This document shows, in pieces, positions 43,313-52,600 of a stretch of DNA of 64,000 nucleotides. Where the stretch lies: positions 3,168,001 to 3,232,000 of the forward strand of contig OZ245817.1 in NCBI GenBank assembly GCA_965228475.1, read 5' to 3'. Under the pieces are notes generated by a model, which had not been told where the DNA came from, did no database searches, and saw only the letters and a program-made list of their open reading frames with translations. The translations under genes were made by a program, and so were the position numbers. Numbering within the stretch: the stretch's first letter is position 1; each line of letters begins with the position of its first letter. The DNA is from Myxococcota bacterium. Its GTDB lineage: Bacteria; Myxococcota_A; UBA9160; JAFDDA01.

Positions 43313-43621
43313 CTAGCGGTCGAGGATCACCTCGAAGCCCTCGAAGACCGGGTGTCCCAGGTAGGTGCCCTTCGGCGCGCGCGCCTGGGCGTGGGCCTTC
43401 TTGAAGGACTCGGACCGGGTCCAGTCGGAGAAGGCGCTCTCGGAATCCCAGACGGTGTGGGAAGCATAGAGGGTGCACTCCTCGTCCTTCGGGCCGCGCA
43501 GCAGCCGGAAGTCCCGGAAGCCCGGGACGCCGTCGAGATGGCGTTCGCGCTCGCGCCAGAGGGTTTCGAAGTCTTCCTCGCGCCCGAGGGCGATGCGGAA
43601 ACGATTCATCGCGATGAACAT
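43313..43621 (-). CDS. Antibiotic biosynthesis monooxygenase family protein (IsdG/HmuQ-like)
   Basis: MFIAMNRF...FE..W, SESFKKAH, GHP.FEGF. Confidence 0.85.
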   Translation of the reverse strand: MFIAMNRFRIALGREEDFETLWRERERHLDGVPGFRDFRLLRGPKDEECTLYASHTVWDSESAFSDWTRSESFKKAHAQARAPKGTYLGHPVFEGFEVILDR

Positions 43622-43631
43622 GGTTCTCTCC

Positions 43632-44303
43632 TTAGCCCGTCGCCTCGGCGCTGCAACAGCCGGGCTCGTGGACGCAGCGGCAGCCGAGAACGGCCAGGCC
43701 CGCACCGCACACCGGCGCCGCGAGGTAGAGCCAGAGCGAGCCGAGCTGGCCCGAGACGAGTGCCGGGCCGAGCGAGCGGGCGGGATTCATCGAAGCGCCG
43801 GTCAGCGGCCCGGCGAACAGGGCGCACAGCGCGACGGTGCCGCCGATCGCGAGGCCCGCGGTGATCCCCTTCTCCTTGGCACCGGTCGAGACGCCGAGGA
43901 TCACGAACATCAGGAAGAAGGTGAGGACGATCTCGAGGGCGAAGGCCGCCGGGAGCGCGACCGAAGGCGCCGTTCGCCCGAGCGTCGCGTGGTCCGGGAA
44001 GAGCAGCCGGAGCAGGCCGCTCGCCAGGAGCGCGCCGCCGACCTGGCTCGCGACGTAGGCGGGCACGTCGGCGCCGGGCATCCGGCGCGCGAAGAAGAAG
44101 CCGAGCGTCACGGCGGGGTTGAAGTGCGCGCCCGAGACGTCGCCGACGGCCTGGATCATCGCCATCACGACCAGCCCGAAGACGAGCGCGATGCCGAGCG
44201 TGCCGAAGCCGCCCCCCGCCACTTCGTCCACGACGATGGCGGCGGTGCCGGCGAAGACCAGCGCGAAGGTGCCGATCGCCTCGGCTGCGCAGCGTCGCGT
44301 CAC
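43632..44303 (-). CDS. MIP family aquaporin/aquaglyceroporin with Cys-rich C-terminus
   Basis: SGAHFNPAVT and GASMNPARS NPA boxes; tail CRCVHEPGCC. Confidence 0.92.
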   Translation of the reverse strand: MTRRCAAEAIGTFALVFAGTAAIVVDEVAGGGFGTLGIALVFGLVVMAMIQAVGDVSGAHFNPAVTLGFFFARRMPGADVPAYVASQVGGALLASGLLRLLFPDHATLGRTAPSVALPAAFALEIVLTFFLMFVILGVSTGAKEKGITAGLAIGGTVALCALFAGPLTGASMNPARSLGPALVSGQLGSLWLYLAAPVCGAGLAVLGCRCVHEPGCCSAEATG

Positions 44304-44719
44304 TGGGGCGCCGGGACGAGCGTTCCCGAGGTCGCGATCAGCCTCGAATCGGCGAGCGCCGCAGTGCGATGGGGCGCGATGGCCTGATACTCCGGCGAGG
44401 AGACCATCTCGACGAACGCCTTCCGGGACGGATATTCGACGAGGATCGCGTTGTCCCACTCCTCGCCCGCTTCCGCGATCAGCGCGCTTCGGACCAGCCC
44501 GATCCAGATCGGACGGGCGCCGGCGCGCCCGAGCAGCGGGGTCACGCCCTCGGAGTACCGGCCGTACGCCTCGGCGCCCGTGCAGGGTGCGGCCGCGAAG
44601 CCCTCTTCGTAGGCGGCCTCCTCGCGGTAGCGCAGGAGGTTGATCATCACGATCGGGCCGTCCTCGGGCTCCGCGAGGAACCGGCCGAGGGCTTCGGTGT
44701 CGGGTTCGATGACTGCCAT
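44300..44719 (-). CDS. DUF1330 domain protein
   Basis: GPIVMINLL, EAYGRY, LVEYPSRKAF, HRTAAL. Confidence 0.85.
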   Translation of the reverse strand: MAVIEPDTEALGRFLAEPEDGPIVMINLLRYREEAAYEEGFAAAPCTGAEAYGRYSEGVTPLLGRAGARPIWIGLVRSALIAEAGEEWDNAILVEYPSRKAFVEMVSSPEYQAIAPHRTAALADSRLIATSGTLVPAPQ

Positions 44720-44763
44720 GGCGCGCGAGCGTATCACGCCCTCGCAGCCAGAGCGGTCGAGCC

Positions 44764-45171
44764 TCAGCGGTTGGTCAGGAGCCCCGGCTTCTTCCACTTC
44801 GCCTCGGCACCCGCGGCGGCCGGCTTCTTCGGCAGCGGCGAGGCGATCGGCTCGAGCTTCTGCGTCCGCTCGACCCGGGCGACGCGCAGGGCATCCTCGG
44901 CCTTGGGCGCGCGGAGCCCGGCGTAGGCGGCCGAACAGCTCGCCGTGCTCCCGCCGGCCTCGGCGCAGAGTGCGAGCCAATCGCGCGCTTCCTGGACGGC
45001 GTCCCGGCGCGGCTCGGCGACGGTCTCACAGCGCAGCACGAACTGCTGGAGGTAGAGACCGTGGGCGATCCGCTGTTGTTTCGGATAGGTCACGCAGCGT
45101 TCGGCGGCGGACGCGAGGGGCGATCCGAGAAGCAGGGGGAGCAAGAGCAGCGAGAGCGAGAGCGGTTTCAT
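44764..45171 (-). CDS. Secreted hypothetical protein (4 Cys)
   Basis: Signal peptide MKPLSLSLLLLPLLLGSPLASA. Confidence 0.55.
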   Translation of the reverse strand: MKPLSLSLLLLPLLLGSPLASAAERCVTYPKQQRIAHGLYLQQFVLRCETVAEPRRDAVQEARDWLALCAEAGGSTASCSAAYAGLRAPKAEDALRVARVERTQKLEPIASPLPKKPAAAGAEAKWKKPGLLTNR

Positions 45172-45198
45172 CGAGGCCTCCGGGAAGGCCGCAGGGTA

Positions 45199-45600
45199 TC
45201 AGCTCTTCGGGCGTTTCACGCGCGGCGGCCGCGCGACCTCGAGCTTCGCGTCCACGACCGTGCGCAAGTGCGCGAGCAAGGCCGCGCGAAACGGGCCGGA
45301 ATCCGCTTCGCCGGACCGGACGCGCTCGACGAGGGCGGCGTTCCGCTCCCGCACCGCCTCGCGCAACGCCTCGCGCGGCGCGGGCGGCGGCGACGCGTCT
45401 TCGAGCAGCGTGCCGAGGCCCTTCCACTCGGCCGCGAGATGCGCCTCCTCGGTCTCGATCTCGCGGGCGACGATCGCCACGACGTTCGCCGCAACGCGGG
45501 CGTGGAACCGGTTCGGGCCCGACAGGGCCGGCACGGCCTGCTCCTCGAGGAAGCGCTCGACCGCGCGCAGCAGCTCCGGTGCGGTGGGCTGGTCGTTCAC
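45199..45600 (-). CDS. DUF6285 domain protein
   Basis: D.PTA.ELL.AV..FL, FHARVAAN, KLEVARP; follows the phosphotransferase. Confidence 0.8.
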   Translation of the reverse strand: MNDQPTAPELLRAVERFLEEQAVPALSGPNRFHARVAANVVAIVAREIETEEAHLAAEWKGLGTLLEDASPPPAPREALREAVRERNAALVERVRSGEADSGPFRAALLAHLRTVVDAKLEVARPPRVKRPKS

Positions 45601-46640
45601 GATCCCCCTCCAGAGGTCTCCATGAGCTCGACCAGGGCTTCCTCCGCCTCGGCGGTGCGGCGCCCGAGGGAGGCGAGTTCGAGCGAGGGCATCGCTCCGG
45701 AGAGATGGACGTGGGCCTGGCGGATGAAGACGAGGGCCACCTTGAAGCTCCCGAGCGCCTCCCAGAAGCGAAGCGTTTCGAGCGAGACCTCCCCTCCCCC
45801 GCCGCGCTCGTAGGCCTCGAGCAGCGCCTCGCGCGTGCCGACGCCGCCGGCCGGCAGCGGGCTCCCGAAACGCCAGGCCTTGGTGCAGAACCAGCCGAGG
45901 TCCTCGGCCGGGTCGCCGACGTGGGCGAGCTCCCAGTCGAGAATCGCGACCACGCCCTTCTCGTCGAACATCACGTTCCCGATGCGGTAGTCGCCGTGGA
46001 CGAGGGTTTCGCGGCCGGGCGCGGGCAGGCGTTCGCGCAGCCAGCGCTCGGCGAGGTCGAGGATCGGGTGCGGATCCGGCGAGAGCTCGCGGATCGCCTT
46101 GGCGGTGAGTTCGAGCTGGTCCTCGGCCGGCGGACGGCCCGCGACCGGGCGGTCGAGGGTCCGCAGGCTCCGCTGATCGGTCTCCGTCGCGTGAATGCGG
46201 GCGAGCATCCCGCCGAGGGCCTCGACGATGCCCTCCCGTGTGGCCGCGTACGCCTCGTCGCGCAGCAGGCGGCGGGGGAGCGTTTCCCCGGCGAGCCGCT
46301 CCATCAGGAAGAAGGGCGTCTCGAGCACGTCGGGCTGGATGCAGGCCCAGTGGACCCGTGGAACCGGCACGCCCGTCGCGGCGACCCGGCGGATCAGCTC
46401 GAACTCGAGGCGGCGGTCCGATTCGCCCGCGCGCCCGGGCGGGTCGCGCCGCATCACCAGCTCGAGGCGCTCCGGGCCGTCGGGCGCGCTCTCGTCGAAG
46501 ACGACGTCGAGGGACCAGAGCTCGCGCGAGGCACCGCCGGCGAGCCGCGCGAGCCCCTCGATGCGGACGCTCCGCTCGGGGGCGCCGGCCTGGTGGGCCA
46601 CGAAGGCGCCCAGCCGCTCCGCCATCTCCTCGTTCGTCAT
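45597..46640 (-). CDS. Phosphotransferase family protein (APH/ACAD10-like)
   Basis: LAGGASRE, VHGDYRIGN, ILDWELAH.GDP.EDL. Confidence 0.9.
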   Translation of the reverse strand: MTNEEMAERLGAFVAHQAGAPERSVRIEGLARLAGGASRELWSLDVVFDESAPDGPERLELVMRRDPPGRAGESDRRLEFELIRRVAATGVPVPRVHWACIQPDVLETPFFLMERLAGETLPRRLLRDEAYAATREGIVEALGGMLARIHATETDQRSLRTLDRPVAGRPPAEDQLELTAKAIRELSPDPHPILDLAERWLRERLPAPGRETLVHGDYRIGNVMFDEKGVVAILDWELAHVGDPAEDLGWFCTKAWRFGSPLPAGGVGTREALLEAYERGGGGEVSLETLRFWEALGSFKVALVFIRQAHVHLSGAMPSLELASLGRRTAEAEEALVELMETSGGGS

Positions 46641-46644
46641 GGTC

Positions 46645-47850
46645 CTAGCGATCGAGCCAGCCGGGATCTCGCGTGAGGTCCTTGGTGATGTTCTTGTGGT
46701 GCGCTTCGAGGGTGCCGCCGCCGATCTCGATCAGCTTGGCATCCCGCCAGAGCCGCGCGACCACGTACTCCCCCATGTACCCGTACCCCCCGAGCACCTG
46801 CATCGCGGCGTCCGCGGCGCGCTTGGCGGCCTGGGAGGCGAAGAGCTTGGTCGCGTCGGCGTCCACGCGCTGGCCGACGGAGTCGAGCCGCAGCCGCCGC
46901 GCGGTGTCGTACACGAAGATCCGCGCGGCGCGCCACTCGGCGAACGTCTCGGCGATGTAGCGCTGGATCTGGCCGTGCTCGCGGATCGGCTTGCCGAAGG
47001 TCGTGCGCTCGTTCGCGTAGTCGATCATCACGCGCAGGCAGCGTTCGGCGATCCCGAGGGACATCGCCGCGAGCGTGAGCCGCTCGATCTCGAGGTTGCG
47101 CATCATGTGGATCGTGCCCTCGCCCTCGTCGCCCATGCGGTTCTCGAGCGGAACGCGCACGCCGTCGAAGACGAGCTCGCCGGTGAAGGAGGCCCGCATG
47201 CCGAGCTTGTCCTCCCACTTCTGGCCGAGCCGGAACCCTTCCATCCCCTTCTCGACGAGGAACGAGCTGATCACCTTGGGCTCGGTCGCGGCGTAGACGA
47301 TGAAGCAGTCGCCGAGCTCCTGGCCGTCGCTGGCGTTGGTGATGAAGGTCTTCGTCCCGTCGAGGACGTAGGCGTCGCCGTCGCGCCGGGCGCGGGTCTT
47401 CAGGTTCAGGACGTCGGTCCCGACGGCGGGCTCGGTCATGCACAGGCCACCGAGCCACTCGCCCGAGGCCGAGCGCGGCAGGATGTGCTTCTTCTGGAGC
47501 TCGCTGCCGTTCACCGCCACGTTGTTGGCGAAGAGGTACGCATGGGCCAGGACCGCCAGGGCGAACCCCGGGTCCGAGGTGCAGAGCGCCTCCATGATCT
47601 GGACGGCGGCCACCGCGTCGAGCCCGGCGCCCCCGTACTCCTCGGGCAGGGTCACCCCGAGCAGGCCGAGCTCCCCGGCCCGGCGGAAGAGTGCGTGGTT
47701 GAAGGTCTCGCTGCGATCGAACTCGGCGGCCTGGGGCTCGACCTCCTGGGCCACGAACTCGCGCAGCGTCTCCGCCAGCATGCGATGTTCCGGCGTCGGG
47801 GCGAGGAGATCGAACTCCTGCCAGCTTTCGGGCGAACTGGGGTCGGCCAT
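46645..47850 (-). CDS. Acyl-CoA dehydrogenase (isovaleryl-CoA dehydrogenase-like)
   Basis: MTEPAVGTD, GTKTFITN, KLGMRAS, GGYGYMGEY, EIGGGT. Confidence 0.92.
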   Translation of the reverse strand: MADPSSPESWQEFDLLAPTPEHRMLAETLREFVAQEVEPQAAEFDRSETFNHALFRRAGELGLLGVTLPEEYGGAGLDAVAAVQIMEALCTSDPGFALAVLAHAYLFANNVAVNGSELQKKHILPRSASGEWLGGLCMTEPAVGTDVLNLKTRARRDGDAYVLDGTKTFITNASDGQELGDCFIVYAATEPKVISSFLVEKGMEGFRLGQKWEDKLGMRASFTGELVFDGVRVPLENRMGDEGEGTIHMMRNLEIERLTLAAMSLGIAERCLRVMIDYANERTTFGKPIREHGQIQRYIAETFAEWRAARIFVYDTARRLRLDSVGQRVDADATKLFASQAAKRAADAAMQVLGGYGYMGEYVVARLWRDAKLIEIGGGTLEAHHKNITKDLTRDPGWLDR

Positions 47851-48050
47851 GGGCCCTCCGGGTGGACGGGCAGAGTAGCTCCGGCGGGAGCGGGTTTCCC
47901 GGCCTCGGGGGCATTTCCCGGGCCCGCCCGGCGGCCGGCCGCCACCGACGGCGACGGGCCCGGCACCGCGGGTGCGCTTTTCCCCTGACCCCGGGCGTTC
48001 GACTTGGCAAATTCCCCCTGCGTACCCATCACGCCCCAGGAGACATCCCC

Positions 48051-48842
48051 ATGAAACGTTCGGCCCGCTTCGCCCGAATCGTCCTGCTTTCCCTCCTCCC
48101 GCTGGTCACCACCGCCTGCGTCATCATCGAAGACGGCGAAGTCGGCGTCTCGAAGAGCTTCGGCGCGATCGGCGACGAGCCCATCGGCCAGGGCATGACC
48201 TTCGTCATCCCCGTCGCCCGCCAGGTCGAGACCTGGAACGTGAAGCTCCAGGAGTACAAGGAGCAGGCGACCGTCCCCTCATCGGAGGGTCTGATCGTCG
48301 GCCTCGATACTTCGCTGCTCTTCCAGGTCGAAGCGGCTCGAGCACCCGAGATCCGCAAGACGATCGGCACCGAGCGCAAGTACTACCAGACATTGATCCT
48401 GCCCTACTTCCGCAACGCGCTGCGCGACGTCGTGGCGGGCTACCCGGTCCGCAACATCTACAGCGAGCAGGGGCGCAAGGAGATCGCCGACAAGATCAAG
48501 GCGAGCCTGGTCGAAAGCCTCGGGCCGCGCGGCGTGAACGTGGTCGACGTGCTCCTGCGCGACGTCCAGCTTCCGCAGCGCTTCCGCGAGAGCATCGAGG
48601 CCAAGCTCACCGCCGAGCAGCGCGTGCAGCAGAAGCAGTTCGAGCTCGAGCAGGCCGAGAAGGACGCCCAGATCGAGGTCGCGCGGGCGCGCGGTGCGGC
48701 GGAAGCCCAGAAGATCGTCCGCTCGACGCTCTCGAGCGCCTACCTGCAGTACCTGTGGATCAAGACCCTGAACGAGAACCCGAACGTGATCTACGTGGCG
48801 ACCGAAGCGAACATGCCGATCTTCAAGAACGCGGATCGCTAG
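48051..48842 (+). CDS. Prohibitin/SPFH domain lipoprotein
   Basis: Lipobox-like TTAC; GEVGV, SSEGL, VLLRDV.LP, IEAKL.AEQ. Confidence 0.9.
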   Translation: MKRSARFARIVLLSLLPLVTTACVIIEDGEVGVSKSFGAIGDEPIGQGMTFVIPVARQVETWNVKLQEYKEQATVPSSEGLIVGLDTSLLFQVEAARAPEIRKTIGTERKYYQTLILPYFRNALRDVVAGYPVRNIYSEQGRKEIADKIKASLVESLGPRGVNVVDVLLRDVQLPQRFRESIEAKLTAEQRVQQKQFELEQAEKDAQIEVARARGAAEAQKIVRSTLSSAYLQYLWIKTLNENPNVIYVATEANMPIFKNADR

Positions 48843-48873
48843 GGCCGAACACAGCCCTTCCGAGCCCCGAGAA

Positions 48874-49509
48874 TCAGCTCGCGGCGAGTTCGTGGGTCAC
48901 GTAGCGCGCGATGGCCCGGCGGAAGTCGGGCCGGGTCGCGTGGAAGATCAGGCCGAGCTGCGGCATGAGCTGGTAGCTCGCCGAAGCCTGGGTCTCGATC
49001 GCGCCGAGCTCCGGCAGCTCGAAGGTCAGGTCGAGGACCGCGCCGAGCGGCGGCACCACCGACGATTTGATCAGACAGCCGTTCTCGGAGAGCGAGAGGA
49101 CTCGGGCGTCCCATTCCATGCTGTCGCGGCGGCAGCGCGCCTGCAGGCGCGTGGGCACGCGGGGGACGGAGCGCGGCTGCTCCTCGAGGGCTTCCTGGAG
49201 CACGCGATAGAGCTCGTGCAGGCCGGCCGGGGCCCGCACGGCGCCGACGATGATCTTGCCGTCCACGGCCGGCGCACCCCGCCAGCCCGTCAGCACGACG
49301 GTCGGGATCGACGAGGCCGCGGTGGTCTCGAAGATCTCGGGGAGACGCTTCTCCTCCACGACCTGCACGTCCGGCGGGCGCTCGGCGCGCTCGGCGTAGC
49401 ACTCGATCGGCACGATGTCGTAGCCGATCTTGGGCAGGATCTTGGAAGCCAGCGGCGAATAGCTCCGCTCACCGGCGTACGAGGCCACGATTCGGGGGGG
49501 TCGCTCCAT
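48874..49509 (-). CDS. PilZ domain protein with degenerate receiver-like N-terminus
   Basis: RSVPR (RxxxR) and SLSENG (D/NxSxxG-like) motifs. Confidence 0.75.
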   Translation of the reverse strand: MERPPRIVASYAGERSYSPLASKILPKIGYDIVPIECYAERAERPPDVQVVEEKRLPEIFETTAASSIPTVVLTGWRGAPAVDGKIIVGAVRAPAGLHELYRVLQEALEEQPRSVPRVPTRLQARCRRDSMEWDARVLSLSENGCLIKSSVVPPLGAVLDLTFELPELGAIETQASASYQLMPQLGLIFHATRPDFRRAIARYVTHELAAS

Positions 49510-49519
49510 GGTGAGGGGT

Positions 49520-49547
49520 TTATCGGCCAGGTTCGCTTCGCTATTGA
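49520..49547 (-). promoter_or_regulatory. Sigma28 (FliA)-like promoter of the PilZ gene
   Basis: Minus strand TCAA-N16-GCCGATAA, 10 nt before the ATG; spacer 1 nt longer than the E. coli consensus. Confidence 0.45.
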
Positions 49548-49605
49548 GACGGGGTTTCCTTGAGAAGCCGGCGCGCAACGGGCCGGCGAACGGAGACCGA
49601 TCCAC

Positions 49606-50361
49606 TTGAGCGATGTAGGGATTGCGGCCGCGCACGCTCCCGCGCTCGCGGGATGGATCGTGCGGCAACGCCGGGCGATCGAGGCGTCCCTCGCCGCCGA
49701 ACTCGGCGAGCGGATGCCCGCGGTGACGTCTCCGGAAGCCGAGGCGCTGCGCCGCTTCCGCACGTTCGCTGCCTCCTGCCTGCTACGCGGCGTTCGCTCG
49801 GCGCCCGCGCTCGACGGCCTGAAGCTCGACGATGCCCGCGTCCGCAGCCTGATCGAGGCCTGGTGCGCGGCCGCGGAGCGGGTCGCCGGCCCGGCGGAGG
49901 GGCCCGCCACGCGCGCGGCCCTCGCCCCGCTCGCCGTCCAGTTCCTCACGGCGGTGCGCGGCACGCAGAGCAGCCGCCGGCGCCGCGGCGCCGCCCGCAC
50001 CGGAGCCCGGGCCGTGCGGGCCGCCATCGACCGCATCGCCGACGCCTTCCTCGCGATCGACCCGGACACGGGCCGGATCGTCGATGCCAACCCGGCCGCC
50101 GGCGCTCTGCTCGGCCTCCAGCGCGACGCGCTGCTGGCGAGCAACGTCGGGAAGTTCCTCGCGAGCCCGGACGCCGAGGAGTGGGTCGCCCAGATCGATG
50201 CCGTGGCCGAATGCGGCGAACCCACCCGCTTCCGGGCCGCGCTTCGCGACGGCGGCGGCCTGCGGATCCCGCTCGACGTCCAGGTCACGCGCCACGCGAC
50301 GCGCAAGCAGACCCTCGCCCTCGTCGTCGCGCGCCCCGCCGCGCCGGCACCCCCCGCCTAG
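49606..50361 (+). CDS. PAS domain protein without output domain
   Basis: DAFLAIDPDTGRIVDANPAA..LLG...LRDGGG.RIPL; TTG start after GGAG. Confidence 0.72.
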   Translation: MSDVGIAAAHAPALAGWIVRQRRAIEASLAAELGERMPAVTSPEAEALRRFRTFAASCLLRGVRSAPALDGLKLDDARVRSLIEAWCAAAERVAGPAEGPATRAALAPLAVQFLTAVRGTQSSRRRRGAARTGARAVRAAIDRIADAFLAIDPDTGRIVDANPAAGALLGLQRDALLASNVGKFLASPDAEEWVAQIDAVAECGEPTRFRAALRDGGGLRIPLDVQVTRHATRKQTLALVVARPAAPAPPA

Positions 50362-50433
50362 CCTTCGAGTCCCGTCCGCTCGGCGCACCGATGCCGCCCG
50401 AACCGGCGCCGGGAGTTGCTACGTTCCGCCGCC

Positions 50434-51375
50434 ATGCGACTCCTCGTCACCGGCGGTGCAGGTTTCATCGGGAGCCACGTGGCGGAGGCCGCACTCGCGG
50501 CCGGCCACGAGGTCTCGATCCTCGACGATCTCTCGACCGGCAAGCGGGAGAACCTGCCCGAAGGCGCGGCGTTCTTCGAAGCGGACGTGCGCGACCGCGA
50601 CGCCGTGCGCCGGGCCTTCGCCGAGGCGCGGCCGGAGGTCGTGAGCCACCAGGCGGCCCAGGCGAGCGTCTCGATCAGCGTGCGCGAGGCCGTCTTCGAC
50701 GCCGAGGTGAACGTGTGCGGCGGCCTCCAGATCATGGACGCCTGCGTGGCCGAAGGCGTCGGCCGCCTGCTGTTCGCCTCGACCGGCGGCGCCATCTACG
50801 GCGAAGTGCCCGAGGGCACCCTGGCGCGGGAGGACACGCCGCCCGTCCCGCTCTCGCCCTACGCCTGCGCGAAGCTCTCGGTCGAGCACTACCTCACCTG
50901 CTACGCGAGCGAGCACGGCCTCGCGAGCACGGTGCTGCGCTACGCCAACGTCTACGGCCCGCGGCAAGACCCGCACGGCGAGGCCGGCGTCGTGGCGATC
51001 TTTGCGCGCCGCCTCGTGGCCGGGGAGCCGATCCAGATCAACGCGCGCCGCGAGCCGGGCGACGATGGCTGCGTCCGCGACTACGTCCACGTCGACGACG
51101 TGGTCGCCGCGAACCTCGCCGCGATGGAAGGCCGCATCGACGTGCCGGTGCTGAACGTCTGCACGGGCGTCGCCACGGACACCCGGACGCTCGCGAAGCA
51201 CCTGAAGGAGCACCTCGCGAGCCGCTCCGAGTTCTCGGACGGCCCGCGCCGCGCCGGCGACGTCGAGCGCTCGGTGCTCGACCCCGCCGAACTCCACCGC
51301 CACCTCGGCACGGGCGTCGCCCTGGCCGAGGGCCTGGCGTCGACGGCCGACTGGTTCCGGAAAGAGACGCGCTAG
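50434..51375 (+). CDS. NAD-dependent epimerase/dehydratase (UDP-glucose 4-epimerase-like)
   Basis: TGGAGFIGSH, STGGAIYG, YACAK, RYANVYGPRQ, RDYVHV. Confidence 0.92.
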   Translation: MRLLVTGGAGFIGSHVAEAALAAGHEVSILDDLSTGKRENLPEGAAFFEADVRDRDAVRRAFAEARPEVVSHQAAQASVSISVREAVFDAEVNVCGGLQIMDACVAEGVGRLLFASTGGAIYGEVPEGTLAREDTPPVPLSPYACAKLSVEHYLTCYASEHGLASTVLRYANVYGPRQDPHGEAGVVAIFARRLVAGEPIQINARREPGDDGCVRDYVHVDDVVAANLAAMEGRIDVPVLNVCTGVATDTRTLAKHLKEHLASRSEFSDGPRRAGDVERSVLDPAELHRHLGTGVALAEGLASTADWFRKETR

Positions 51376-52118
51376 CCGCGCCTCCCCAGCACGATGACGA
51401 GCAGAGCGGCTCCGAGCAGCGCGAGAGGCGCCGCTTCGGGCACGGGGAGCACCGTGCCCGAGATCGTCAGGGTCGCGAAGATCGGCAGCGTGTTCCCGAG
51501 GAAGCCGACGTACGTGGGCGAAACGAGCTGGAGAGCAAAGCCCGGCGCCGGCGAGGACGCGACCTGGGAGAGAGTCGCCGTGCCGGTGTTCACGAGCCCG
51601 GTCCGCGTGGTCCAGCCCGCCGCGTCGTAGGCCGAGGTCGGTGCCGTTCCGGCGAAGCCACCCTGCCCTACGCGCATGGCATCCAGGTCGAGCGGAAGAA
51701 CGACGACGCCCGGGATGAGGTGGACGTTGAGACCGCCCGAGAGGCCGAGCAGCCCACCGATCCCGCCCCCGACGTTGCAGGCCTGGCGAGGGCCCGGAGG
51801 ACACGCCTCCCCCGCCGCCTGTCCGGTGAGGCCACCCAGGGAAAACGTGCCGCCCTGGAACGCGACTCCGGAGGAGGCCGTGAGCGCCGGGCGGGTCACG
51901 GGAAACGAAACCGTCGGAAGGACCTGGGGGAAGGCGGATCCCGGCAGTACCACGGTCGTCCCGGTCACGGAGATCGTGGCGACGCCGGAGAGCGAGACCG
52001 GCAGGAAGCCGGGGCTCTGCAGCTCGAGCACCAGATTCGCGAGCACCGGCGCGGCCCGCGCTGCGGGTGCGAAACCGAACGGGACCGTCAGCAAGCCGAG
52101 AAGAAGCGCGAACCGCAT
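51372..52118 (-). CDS. PEP-CTERM protein, paralogue of 54123-54866
   Basis: Signal peptide; C-terminal VPEAAPLALLGAALLVIVLGRRG. Confidence 0.82.
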   Translation of the reverse strand: MRFALLLGLLTVPFGFAPAARAAPVLANLVLELQSPGFLPVSLSGVATISVTGTTVVLPGSAFPQVLPTVSFPVTRPALTASSGVAFQGGTFSLGGLTGQAAGEACPPGPRQACNVGGGIGGLLGLSGGLNVHLIPGVVVLPLDLDAMRVGQGGFAGTAPTSAYDAAGWTTRTGLVNTGTATLSQVASSPAPGFALQLVSPTYVGFLGNTLPIFATLTISGTVLPVPEAAPLALLGAALLVIVLGRRG

Positions 52119-52195
52119 GGGAGCCTCCCTTCCGGACCTCGACACCTGGCGGTGCCCCCGTACAGGAAGTGGCGCCGGGGGCCCGAGGCGTGGCA

Positions 52196-52600
52196 CTACA
52201 AGAGCGGCGCGTCGCGGGTTTCCTCGTCGGGGATCGTGTACCACCAGGCCCAGGCGATGAAGAGCAGCTGGAACGGCAGCCGGATCCAGTTGGCGGCCCC
52301 GGCACCCGAACCCGGTCCTTCCCGGCCGACGTTCTCGAGCGCGACGTAGAGGTTCGCCGGGAAGACCGCGATCAGCAGCGCGATGAGGCCCCAGGCCGCG
52401 AGGATCCGCGTGCGCGGTTCGAGCACGTAGACGCCCAGGATGATCTCGAACAGGCCCGAGATCACGTTCAGCCACTCCGGGTTCGGCAGGCCCGGCGGCA
52501 TGATCGCCACGTAGAAGTCCGGGTTCATCAGGTGGTTGAAGCCGGCGAAACAGTAGGCCGCGCTCATCACGTAGAGCAGGACGCGCTTCGGCGTGCTCAT
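52196..52600 (-). CDS. DoxX-like membrane protein
   Basis: AG.NH...P..Y..IMPP, SG.FEI, AVFPAN, RLPFQ. Confidence 0.85.
   Translation of the reverse strand: MSTPKRVLLYVMSAAYCFAGFNHLMNPDFYVAIMPPGLPNPEWLNVISGLFEIILGVYVLEPRTRILAAWGLIALLIAVFPANLYVALENVGREGPGSGAGAANWIRLPFQLLFIAWAWWYTIPDEETRDAPLL

Noticed and set aside
48004..48021. Sigma54 promoter upstream of the SPFH gene (TTGGCA...CTGC)
   Set aside because: GG-to-GC spacing is 12 nt rather than the required 10.
49530..49543. AGCGAAGCGAAC (minus strand) as a third copy of the imuA/dnaE2 motif
   Set aside because: Period is 5 rather than 11, with no A-rich spacer, and the downstream gene is not repair-related.
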